From: a virus
Taxonomy: Duplodnaviria; Caudoviricetes
DNA: 28,219 nt
Direction: 5' to 3' (one strand)
Virus record (IMG/VR): IMGVR_UViG_3300030331_005938
Location: 1 to 28,219 of that record
Shown: positions 1 to 8,700 of the stretch, piece by piece
Numbering within the stretch: the first letter of the stretch is position 1
How the letters are laid out: each line of letters begins with the position of its first letter
Position numbers and translations under genes: made by a program
The notes under the pieces: generated by a model
Told to the model about the DNA's origin: nothing
What the model saw: the letters and a program-made list of their open reading frames with translations, nothing else
The model's database searches: none

Positions 1-977
1 TCATCACCAACCTCAACAAGTGCATCATCTTGAGCATTTACTGCATCAATTACATCACCGTTTATATGAGTATCTATAGTTGTTCCATCTTCACCACGGT
101 TAACAGTAATATTATTTCCATCTATTTCTTTAATAAACATTAGTTCATCACCGATGGCAATGTAAGTATCCACAACCAAACTTGCAGTATTTTGAACCAA
201 GAATTTCCTTTGAGTTTTTGTTATATCCTCTGCAAGTCTTGTAACTCCATCGTCATTGTAATCTTTAAGAGCTCTAGGTGTGGCAATATATCTTTTAAAT
301 CTTTTTGCAGTTTTAGTATTTGTACTTGTATGGTAGTCAACTTGAACTTTCTTAATAAGACCACTTCCAGAATCTGATACTGGGCCAAATAAGTAAGTCT
401 TTGCTGTAAATCCTAATGTATGAGTTATAACTCTTTTCTGTTCAAATCCACTCTCATAATTGTCGTCAAAAGTTACACTATCTAAAATCATTGGTATATC
501 TCTTTTTTCACCAATTGCTTTGACTAAATCTACAGTTAAATTAAATGATGGTTGAAAATATGGTAATATCTGCTCAATAATTTGTAGAGAATCTTCATTA
601 TATTGAGTCATTGCATACAACTTAAAACTTAAATTATACGGAACTGGCATAAAAACTTTTCTTGCACTTTTAGATCCATCTTTTGTAAATGCTTTAAAAG
701 TTTGCATTGTTGAAACTTTTCTCGCAGAATCATATGATATACCGTCCATCTCAAATGCTAGACGGGGTAAAGTTATTGCAACTCTTTTTCTTAAATCTGG
801 TTTTTGCTCTAATCTTGCTAAAAACTTTTCTGTTGGGCCATAAGCAATTGGAACTCTTACAGTTGAAAATGCTCCACCTGCAGATGTTTGGTGTTTTATG
901 TCAATTGCATTAAAAAGAGTACCAAAGGATATAATAGTCCTTCTGATTATTTCATGGTAATAATAGGTTCCTAACAT
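1..977 (-). CDS. gp15: Tail sheath stabilizer/tail terminator protein gp15 (3' end outside window)
   Basis: Not in the ORF track. Manual translation from ATG at 977: MLGTYYYHEIIRRTIISFGTLFNAIDIKH...VRVPIAYGPTEKFLARL...ITLPRLAFEM...PVPYNLSFKL...QIIEQILPYFQPSFNLTV...KRDIPMIL...FTAKTYLFGPV. These are T4 gp15-family motifs. The frame is open to the window edge and follows gp13-gp14. Confidence 0.95.
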   Translation of the reverse strand, partial: MLGTYYYHEIIRRTIISFGTLFNAIDIKHQTSAGGAFSTVRVPIAYGPTEKFLARLEQKPDLRKRVAITLPRLAFEMDGISYDSARKVSTMQTFKAFTKDGSKSARKVFMPVPYNLSFKLYAMTQYNEDSLQIIEQILPYFQPSFNLTVDLVKAIGEKRDIPMILDSVTFDDNYESGFEQKRVITHTLGFTAKTYLFGPVSDSGSGLIKKVQVDYHTSTNTKTAKRFKRYIATPRALKDYNDDGVTRLAEDITKTQRKFLVQNTASLVVDTYIAIGDELMFIKEIDGNNITVNRGEDGTTIDTHINGDVIDAVNAQDDALVEVGD

Positions 978-1001
978 AACTTAAACAGAACTTATCCAAA
1001 C

Positions 1002-1009
1002 TATTTAGA
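1002..1009 (-). promoter_or_regulatory. Possible late promoter variant (TCTAAATA) for gp15
   Basis: One mismatch to TATAAATA. Overlaps the gp14 stop codon and lies about 25 nt upstream of the gp15 ATG. Confidence 0.5.
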
Positions 1010-2450
1010 AATCACCGAATGGATTGTCTTCAGAAAAGTCTATAATTGCATCTGCTTCAGACTCTACAAGTATATTTTCATTATAATTATCAAACTCATC
1101 CTGATCGGAAACACTTTTTACAATGTATTCAGAATCAGATCCTAAAAGTGTAGTTCCAATACCTACCACTGATTCACCAGGTGCAAATCCAACACCACCA
1201 ATATTTGTAACTTTGAGTATTCTATCATCTGCATCCCAATCAGCAACAATCGCTGTTGTTCCAGTTGAAACTCCTCTAACAAGTTCTTTAAACTGATAAT
1301 TACCAGTTGCTAATCCAGCTCTTGCTGGTGGATCAATTGTGACAGTTGGAGTTGCAGTATATCCAATTCCAGCAAAAGAATATCTGATTGAAGCAATCTG
1401 ACCAAGAGTGTTGACTATTGCTATTGCCTTCACAGTTGACCCAATACCAATATTTGTATCCAAACCAACAGCGTTTATGGTTACATTTGGAACAACACCA
1501 TAACTCGCACCACCGTTAATTATTGTTGGTATCGATATTGTTCCATCTGCTATAACTGCAGTTGCTGCAGCACCAGTTCCAAATGCGTTTTGACTTCTAA
1601 TTGTAATTGTTGGTGGATTTGTATAACCAAATCCAGGATTTGTTAACTCTATACGATCTATAGATTGTCCTGACTGACCAATTCTACTAGTCATAATTGC
1701 AACAGCAGTAGCGTTAATACCATCACTTGGTGCAGATGTTATTCCAACTAAAGGTGGAAGTGTATATCCAGTTCCATCATTAATTAAATCAACAAATGCA
1801 ACACCCTTTCCAACAGAAGTATTTCCAGCATTTTTTGATAACTGAACAGTTGCCGATGCTGTTGATGCAGCAATACTCACCATACTTAATCTTGTTGTAA
1901 ATCCAAACTCAACTGCTGCTCTATCTACCTCCTCAATTCCTGTATCAATATCTTCATCAAGTGCATAATCCATTACTTCACAACTTAAAGTGTAAACGTA
2001 AAGATCATTCAATTGATAAAAAGGTTTTTTTCCCTCAACATATTTAATTTCAAACATTGTATTATCAAGAGGAAAATAGATCAGATCACCTTCTTCTGGT
2101 CTTGTAGCTAGTTCTATCTGAATATCAGAAGTTAAAAAAGGACTTATAAAATCTTCATATCTTTCTTTTGATATAACAAAAGTTACTGCATCTGTAGTTT
2201 GTACTCCAAATTTTTGCAAAATATCTCCGTTACCTTCAAATCCCTGATAATTCAAAAGATATGCTTCCATACGATAAGCATCATCAAAAGTCGAGGCTAC
2301 AACCTCTTTCATGATGGTTTTTTTGTTTATGATTTTACGAGGAAGATAAACTATATCCTGCCCATAAATTTTTAGTTGCTCATTAATTAGATCTTGAACT
2401 AATCTCTGTTCACCTTGCGATCCTTGTAAAAAATACGGAGAAAGTGGCAT
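1005..2450 (-). CDS. gp14: Neck protein gp14 with inserted Gly/Thr-rich repeats
   Basis: N-terminal EQRLVQDLINEQLKIYGQDIVYLPR, FGVQTTD..TFVISKERY, RPEEGDLIYFPL..FEIKYVE..PFYQL and C-terminal IIDFSEDNPFG match gp14. Located between gp13 and gp15. Confidence 0.95.
   Translation of the reverse strand: MPLSPYFLQGSQGEQRLVQDLINEQLKIYGQDIVYLPRKIINKKTIMKEVVASTFDDAYRMEAYLLNYQGFEGNGDILQKFGVQTTDAVTFVISKERYEDFISPFLTSDIQIELATRPEEGDLIYFPLDNTMFEIKYVEGKKPFYQLNDLYVYTLSCEVMDYALDEDIDTGIEEVDRAAVEFGFTTRLSMVSIAASTASATVQLSKNAGNTSVGKGVAFVDLINDGTGYTLPPLVGITSAPSDGINATAVAIMTSRIGQSGQSIDRIELTNPGFGYTNPPTITIRSQNAFGTGAAATAVIADGTISIPTIINGGASYGVVPNVTINAVGLDTNIGIGSTVKAIAIVNTLGQIASIRYSFAGIGYTATPTVTIDPPARAGLATGNYQFKELVRGVSTGTTAIVADWDADDRILKVTNIGGVGFAPGESVVGIGTTLLGSDSEYIVKSVSDQDEFDNYNENILVESEADAIIDFSEDNPFGDF
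1320..1880 (-). repeat. About 4 tandem protein-level repeats (I-x3-G-x-GY-x3-P-x-V-x-I...A-x-A-x-A) in gp14
   Basis: LINDGTGYTLPPLVGI, LTNPGFGYTNPPTITI, IINGGASYGVVPNVTI, YSFAGIGYTATPTVTI. Boundaries approximate. Confidence 0.8.
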
Positions 2451-2454
2451 AATA

Positions 2455-3270
2455 TCATCCTATGAAATCAAGAGGTGGTAATTCGTATTCTCTCTTAAGT
2501 GTTTCTTCTAATTCTTCAAGTTCCCTAATTGCATCTTCATATATTTGTCTTCCATTCAACTGAACTCCACCAGGTAACATCACACCTTGGAATTTAATTA
2601 AATTCATTCCCCATTGTTTTTTAATTAATGATGTAGCATATTTTTTTAACCAAAAATCATTGTAAATTTTAGTAACATCATCTGGATCTAAAAGACGATA
2701 GCAATCAATTACTATAAAAGTATCATCAGACATTTGTTCAAAATCAATATCTAAATATAATCTTCCTTGTTTTCTATTAAATCTTATTTGGGTATCTGGT
2801 GTGATAATACGACTTAAATCTTCCAAATATGTTTTGGTCATTGTATAATTTAAAAGATCAAGTGCACCATAATAGTAAAGATCATTCAAAAATATTTGAT
2901 ATTTAATATTAAACAAACCACTTGATATGGTGTTATTATCCATCTTTAAAACTCTTTCTACACCTAATATGTGATCAGGTAATTGTAAAAAGTTTTGATT
3001 TTCCTGAAATTTAGTTGTTGTTATACCAACTGTAGAACTAGCTGTTGTTGTAGTGATACCTGTTCTCAATATTTCTCTTTCTTGTTCTGTTATCTTATGT
3101 TTCAATAACATCCTTTCCACACCATCAAAATGACGGTTTTGAAAATATTGAATTGCATCATCAATTAAATCTTCAACTTGATCATCATCCACATTAATTT
3201 CCAACACAGGAAATCCAAGTCTTCGCAGACAATAATCTATTAATTCCTGTCTAGTGGATGGTTTACTCAT
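2455..3270 (-). CDS. gp13: Neck protein gp13
   Basis: PSTRQELIDYCLRRLGFPVLEINVDDDQVEDLIDDAIQYF..HFDG and WLKKYATSLIKKQWGMNLIKFQGVMLPGGVQLNG match gp13. AAGGAG SD at 3281-3276 and ATGA overlap with the upstream ORF. Confidence 0.96.
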   Translation of the reverse strand: MSKPSTRQELIDYCLRRLGFPVLEINVDDDQVEDLIDDAIQYFQNRHFDGVERMLLKHKITEQEREILRTGITTTTASSTVGITTTKFQENQNFLQLPDHILGVERVLKMDNNTISSGLFNIKYQIFLNDLYYYGALDLLNYTMTKTYLEDLSRIITPDTQIRFNRKQGRLYLDIDFEQMSDDTFIVIDCYRLLDPDDVTKIYNDFWLKKYATSLIKKQWGMNLIKFQGVMLPGGVQLNGRQIYEDAIRELEELEETLKREYELPPLDFIG

Positions 3271-3443
3271 TTTTTCTCCTTTTTCTTGTCTTCCTCTAAT
3301 TTAAGCAGTCTTTGTTGTAAATCCATATACTCTTTTGTTATAGATTCTACTTTTGCTTCTAATAAAACATTTTGATTCACTACTGTTGATAATTTTTTAT
3401 GGTAATGATTAATTAAAATGTTCACATCAACTTCACTGTTCAT
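3267..3443 (-). CDS. Small coiled-coil hypothetical protein (58 aa; start revised from 3500 to 3443)
   Basis: MNSEVDVNILINHYHKKLSTVVNQNVLLEAKVESITKEYMDLQQRLLKLEE shows a heptad pattern. ATG at 3443 sits 4 nt after the fibre stop, with GGAGG at 3462-3458, so no 53-nt overlap is needed. Confidence 0.8.
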   Translation of the reverse strand: MNSEVDVNILINHYHKKLSTVVNQNVLLEAKVESITKEYMDLQQRLLKLEEDKKKEKK

Positions 3444-3447
3444 AGTA

Positions 3448-4881
3448 TTAGAATTGACCTCCATCAATTGTTGTTGTCCATTTAGGTATGCCACTGGCAT
3501 CAGTTGTTAGTACGAAGTTTGAGGTTGTTATACCTGCTGTAGTACCAGCCGCACCAACTATTTTACCTGTTGTATCAAAGTATAATACTCCGTTACCAGC
3601 AGTGGAGAAATCTCCATTCTGGAAGAATATACCTTTTATATCTAGGAAACCTTTAGTACCACTTAAAACATTACCAGTGATAGTTGCATCGGGTATATAA
3701 GTCCATGACCTTTCAGGTGCATTACTAGTTTCTCCAGTACTATCATTATAACCAAAGAATCCAGTTTTGTTATTTGCTACTCCAGTACCAGTGTTATAGT
3801 TAAATGAAATACCACGATCTGTATTTGTATCAAATCCGTGAGTAATTGTTAATTGTGTTGTAGTTGTTATACCAGCAGTTGTCTGTCCATCAATAAAAAT
3901 GGTTCCAATTCCTGTTCCACCTGGTTGTGTGGTAAAAGAATTTATTGTGGTGGTTCCAGCACCTGGTAGTGAACTACTACCACTTATGACATCACCAGTG
4001 TTAATACCAACAACGGAATCTAAAGTAATTGCTGATACACCAGATCCTACTGTAGAAGTAACAGTTCTTTTGCTTGATACATCACCAATATTCATTATTG
4101 GATCATTCAAAGTCGCATTAGTGGAATTAACAGTAGTTGTTGTTCCATCTACCTGTAAACTACCTTTGATGATAACCATACCATCACTATCTAAACCATC
4201 TGGGTATGGATCAATAAACAGTGTATTTCCACCACCAGATCTAGTTCTTATAACATTGGATGAAATTCCAATATTATCAACGGTTAATCCACCAAAAATT
4301 TCAATTTCTGTATTGTATACCCAACCTTTACCTGTTACTTGAACTTTATCTGTTCCATCTTCATCGTATTCAATACTTGCATCTTCACTTGCACCAAAGG
4401 TTAATTTGGTATCATCATTAATAATTACCTGTCCATCACCATTGGTTATAAATCTAATATCTCCATCTACATCGTTTGATGATATTGAATTTCCATCTAT
4501 TGTAATGTTATCTACGTTCCATTGGTTAACTCTTGGCATAAACCCTACGGCTGCAGTAACCTCTCCAAAACCTGTAGCACTACCACCTGGATGACCTCCA
4601 TTTTCTCTTTCAAGTATTGGTATGAATCCATTTGATAGTGTATTATTATTAGCATTCGAACCACCAGCAACCGTACCTGGTGTATTGCTCATCATATCGG
4701 TGAAATATTTACCGCCAATTACTATTGGATTTGCATCTGGACTAGTATTGTCTCCAACAAATAATCTTCCACCTAAATTGCCTTGGGTTCCATTTGAAAC
4801 TGTAACCGCAAGTTCACCAAAATCAATGGTTGGGGGTGCACTAGTGCCAGTTGATCTTCTTGTCCTTATTATGCTGGCCAT
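3448..4881 (-). CDS. Fibre-like virion structural protein (477 aa)
   Basis: N-terminal IIRTRRSTGTSAP..IDFGELAV resembles Mtd N-terminal/fibre anchor motifs. VDNITIDGNSISS, GSLQVDGTTTTVNST and DRGISFNY are typical trimeric fibre motifs. Gly/Thr-rich, ends IDGGQF. SD-like GGGGGA at 4896-4891. Confidence 0.8.
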   Translation of the reverse strand: MASIIRTRRSTGTSAPPTIDFGELAVTVSNGTQGNLGGRLFVGDNTSPDANPIVIGGKYFTDMMSNTPGTVAGGSNANNNTLSNGFIPILERENGGHPGGSATGFGEVTAAVGFMPRVNQWNVDNITIDGNSISSNDVDGDIRFITNGDGQVIINDDTKLTFGASEDASIEYDEDGTDKVQVTGKGWVYNTEIEIFGGLTVDNIGISSNVIRTRSGGGNTLFIDPYPDGLDSDGMVIIKGSLQVDGTTTTVNSTNATLNDPIMNIGDVSSKRTVTSTVGSGVSAITLDSVVGINTGDVISGSSSLPGAGTTTINSFTTQPGGTGIGTIFIDGQTTAGITTTTQLTITHGFDTNTDRGISFNYNTGTGVANNKTGFFGYNDSTGETSNAPERSWTYIPDATITGNVLSGTKGFLDIKGIFFQNGDFSTAGNGVLYFDTTGKIVGAAGTTAGITTSNFVLTTDASGIPKWTTTIDGGQF

Positions 4882-5109
4882 TTAAAAACTTCCCCCATTA
4901 ATGTTTAAATTTTGTGTTGCTCCTGGCGTTAGTTCATCAGTTGCTTCAAATTTACTCGTTGCTGCATTAAAAACTAACACCATTCCATCCTTTAAACCAC
5001 CAGATATATCCACATCTGATAATCCACCTAAAGTTCCTCCACTACCTGATATGGTGGATATGACCTTTTTGGCATTTCTTGAACCGACTCTGACTTTTAT
5101 ATCAGCCAT
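4882..5109 (-). CDS. Small virion/fibre-associated protein (75 aa)
   Basis: Contains LGGLSDVD...DGMVLVFNAATSKFEA, the L..L.DV...DG.VL.[YF] motif seen in phage fibre proteins. Ends INGGSF and is tightly packed between neighbours. Confidence 0.8.
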   Translation of the reverse strand: MADIKVRVGSRNAKKVISTISGSGGTLGGLSDVDISGGLKDGMVLVFNAATSKFEATDELTPGATQNLNINGGSF

Positions 5110-5114
5110 ATTAA

Positions 5115-5453
5115 TTAACCTGTAGTAACTCCAGCAGTAACAATTGCACTTCCACTAACAATTCTAGTTTTTAAAGAACCATCATTTAATAATACATCGT
5201 AACTATATCTACCTGCCTTCAAAGCAGATGTAATAGAAGATCCTAAAGATATTCTTAATTGTCCTTGTGTTCTGTTTGGAAATGACACTGTAAATGATGC
5301 CTTGTCCTTTAAAGAAGCAGGATGTTTTTTTAGTTTTGACGTGGCTGAAAAACCAGTCAAATCTAAAGGTGAGTTGGCCGAATCCTCTAAGTTGAAAATT
5401 TGGTCAAAATCAGCACCAGCATCGATTATTATGTTACTAATATATGCTGCCAT
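5115..5453 (-). CDS. Small beta-sandwich virion protein, BppU-N-like (112 aa)
   Basis: NIIIDAGADF...PLDLTGFSATSKLKK...G.L.ISL....T.ALKAGRYSYDVLL...RIVSG...V..GVT matches a common phage Ig-like/BppU-like pattern. Directly downstream of a perfect late promoter. Confidence 0.8.
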   Translation of the reverse strand: MAAYISNIIIDAGADFDQIFNLEDSANSPLDLTGFSATSKLKKHPASLKDKASFTVSFPNRTQGQLRISLGSSITSALKAGRYSYDVLLNDGSLKTRIVSGSAIVTAGVTTG

Positions 5454-5482
5454 TATTTAACTAATTAGAATCTATCTTGGAA

Positions 5483-5490
5483 TATTTATA
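5483..5490 (-). promoter_or_regulatory. T4-type late promoter TATAAATA
   Basis: Exact gp55-sigma consensus in the 39-nt intergenic gap, 29 nt upstream of ATG 5453. Confidence 0.85.
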
Positions 5491-5492
5491 AA

Positions 5493-5717
5493 TCATTTAT
5501 CCATAATATTTTTAAGAAGAGTTTTTATCTCTCTCATATCGTTTTTTAAAGAATCTAAATCCTCACGCATGTTATCAAATTTTCTTTTTTCCTCATATTT
5601 TTTTTGAGACAAACTTAAAAATTTATCAAATTCACCTTTATTTCTATTTACAATGGCATTAGAGTCCATATCTCTAACATGAGTTTTATCGGATTCTACT
5701 TTTAAATACCTTTCCAT
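5493..5717 (-). CDS. Conserved hypothetical protein with C-terminal coiled coil (74 aa)
   Basis: YLKVE....VRD..SNAIVN followed by heptads (MREDLDSLKNDMREIKTLLKNIM). TAATG stop/start overlap with the VrlC-like gene. Confidence 0.85.
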   Translation of the reverse strand: MERYLKVESDKTHVRDMDSNAIVNRNKGEFDKFLSLSQKKYEEKRKFDNMREDLDSLKNDMREIKTLLKNIMDK

Positions 5718-8700
5718 TAATCTATTTCAAATGATCTCAAAGCGATTGCTCTAAAGTTTTTAAGTCTAGGTGGTTTGGCCTGATTAGTGGATGTCATGAC
5801 AACTTTAATCATAAATCCGTTAAATTGAGGTGTATTTTCTGCAGTAAATTTATATTCACTGAAACTATTTCTGGTTCTATTTGGTTTTACAGAATTATCT
5901 GATAACCCATCCCCATTGAATGGAACGTAACTTTGTCTAACACCACTACCATCACTTCTAACTAATTTATAAAATACTCTTATATCACCTTCTGCCTCTC
6001 GATGTCCATCAAATTGAACTAATAATGAATTAGAAACAAATTCTAAATTAATCATTTTTGTTTCATATACTGCATTATTTGGTTCAGAACCTGGAATTTT
6101 TGTTCTATTATCAGTTTCAAAGTTATCAACTTTATCGTCTACAAGATTACTTAGTAAAATTGCATTAGCTGTATCTAAGTTAATCATTGGTGATACATCA
6201 GAATCATTAGTTGTAAGTGTTAGTTCAAGAGAAAGGGATTTTTGATTATCAAGTAGTTGGAATTCATTAGTTCCAGATGCTACCATTCTTGGAGTATCAA
6301 AATAATTAATCTTATTCAACGCAACCGTTTCATAACCCATATCATTAAATGATGGTTCATTTCCACTTAAACTTGTACCAGAAGTTGTTTTAATTCTAGC
6401 AGAAATATTTGTTCCAGTAGGTGTTATTGATGTTATTTGTGGATTTATTGCTTCAAAAGGTATATTTTGAGTTACACGTAAATCATTTCCACCACCAGTT
6501 TTAGTTGTTTTAAATGAAACTTCAGTAGATGCTGTAGATACTTTAACATGATAACTATTAAATGTTTTTTCTCTAGGATCAATATCGTGTCTTTTGTTAA
6601 TTTTTCTTAGAGATATACCGTTGAACTCATACTTATACACATATGCTTTTGCTTTGTGATTCGACTTTCTGCGTTCATCGTCACCCGAATCTATAGATCT
6701 AGTAATACCAGTTAAATCATTTCCTGATACACCTGTATATTTTATAATTTCTTTATCTATCTGAACAAATCCAGGAAAATCTGCAGAAACTGTTTGGTCT
6801 TCAAATTTATCAAATCCAGTTGATGAAGTAACGGATATGATAGTCGTATCATCATCAATTTTTTGTGTTAATGTAGTTGGTTTAACGTCTGAATTAAATC
6901 TTGTGATTTTAACTTCATTTGTATTTGAATGCATTCCATGATTTCTATGTCTAACTTTCATTGTATATCCATCTCTTACAGGATCTGGAATAACTGAAGT
7001 AACATCACCATCAGCGATTGTATTTTCACCTCCACCATTAGGGAAGTGCTTCATGTCTTGACTATCAATAAAATTATTTTTGACATCATCTAATATAATT
7101 ACATTTGTACCAGCAAGTCCGACATGACCCTTTACAATAACTCTAACTCCCGATCCAGTTGATCCAAGAGGATTTAACATTAATAAATCACCAGGTGCAT
7201 AACCAGAACCACCGTTTTGAATATTAATATTTGCAGCAGTTACTGCTCCATTTTGAACTGTGACATTTGCAGTTGCACCCTGACCAAATCCAGTCAAACT
7301 TGTAAATCCAATTCCACTGTATACTTGAGATCCACTTGTTGGTGTAAGTCCAATACCAGTATTTTCAACTCTCGTCAGATTGTTACCTGATGCTCCAGTT
7401 TTTATTGGGCCTCCAACAGCAAATACTTTTGCTGTATGATTAAAACTGTCTACCGTCTGTTCAAATTTATCTCCTTGTGTAAACACAGTTTGAGTTGTTG
7501 ATCCTAAATTAACACTAACTCTTTTTGAAAAAGCAATGGCTGGATTTTTTTTCTTTATCCTATGACGTTTAATTCTAGAGTTAAATAATAAAACACTAGA
7601 TGGTACATTTGTTACAAACTGTGCTTTGTTGAGTTTGAATTTAAGATCTTCATATTGACTTGGTGTCCATGTGCTATTATTTTGTGATTTAAACAGTGAA
7701 CCAAGAACAGGTTGAGTTGAATTTATTCCCTGAGTAATTAAATCACTCTCACCCATTCTATTGATAAATGCCAAGTAATTAAGCGTAGCTGGTGCCATTA
7801 AAACTAAAGCATACTCATATCCACTCTGCAAATATACAGGTGTTTTAAATTTAAATGATGTTGCTTCACTACCATCTTGAGATAATTTAACGTTTTTGGG
7901 TTTTATTTTTGTCTCAGCAAATGGAACTACTGTTTTAGTTGGTATTCCATCTCTCATGGTTCTTATCTGAACAGTTACTGGAATTTTTTCATCTTTAGTT
8001 TTAAAGAATAATTCTCCACCAGTAATAAATATACCATTTTTATAAGTTTCGGATTTTACTTGAAATGACTGTGCTAAAGGATCATCGTCATCAACTTCTT
8101 CAATATCTATATCTGTTTCTATGATAGTTTCTGTTTCAGTTCTATCTTTTGTAAATTTTCTGGTTACATCTTTAGAACCAATTTGAACTCTTTCTATTTG
8201 TGGTTGTTTAATTGATAAAGTTTGCTCTTGAGTGCTTGTTTGATATCCACTTGCAAAATATTCTGCCTCTGCTGAACTTGAACCAGGATCTAATATACTT
8301 GCATTACCAGAATCTGTTGTTATTCTAATTGTATTATTTCCTGTTGTAAATACAGGATTGCTTGTAATTTTAGGATCAGGAATATGTAAGGAGAAAATTA
8401 AATCACCTTTTTCATCACTGAATAATGCTAAATCCTGAACAGTTGCTTCTGCAGTTCCAGATTCATTTACAATTTCCATACCCTTGATTACATATCCACT
8501 ATTTTCAACATTATTTTCTAATGATAAATCTGCAGTATCAATATTCAATACTTCACTAGTGCTTGAGTATGCTGATGATAATGTTGTAGTTGGATATGGT
8601 AAATTGGTAATTGTATCTTCTGGATCATTATATGGCCCCTCCTTATGATTAAGAGTTGCAACTCTAAATCTAATTTCAGGAGTAGTGGTAAATTCATTAG

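Noticed and set aside
192-913. Plus-strand ORFs 192-377 and 707-913
   Set aside because: Antisense to gp15, with no recognisable motifs or expression signals.
3444-3500. N-terminal extension of the 77-aa ORF, or a frameshift fusion with the fibre
   Set aside because: ATG 3443 gives a non-overlapping gene with an SD, and no slippery heptamer is evident.
3488-5125. Cluster of plus-strand ORFs (3488-3700, 3899-4342, 4406-4594, 4622-4885, 4901-5125)
   Set aside because: Mirror frames of Gly/Thr-rich fibre codons, giving Pro/Val/Ser-rich translations. Expected antisense artefacts.
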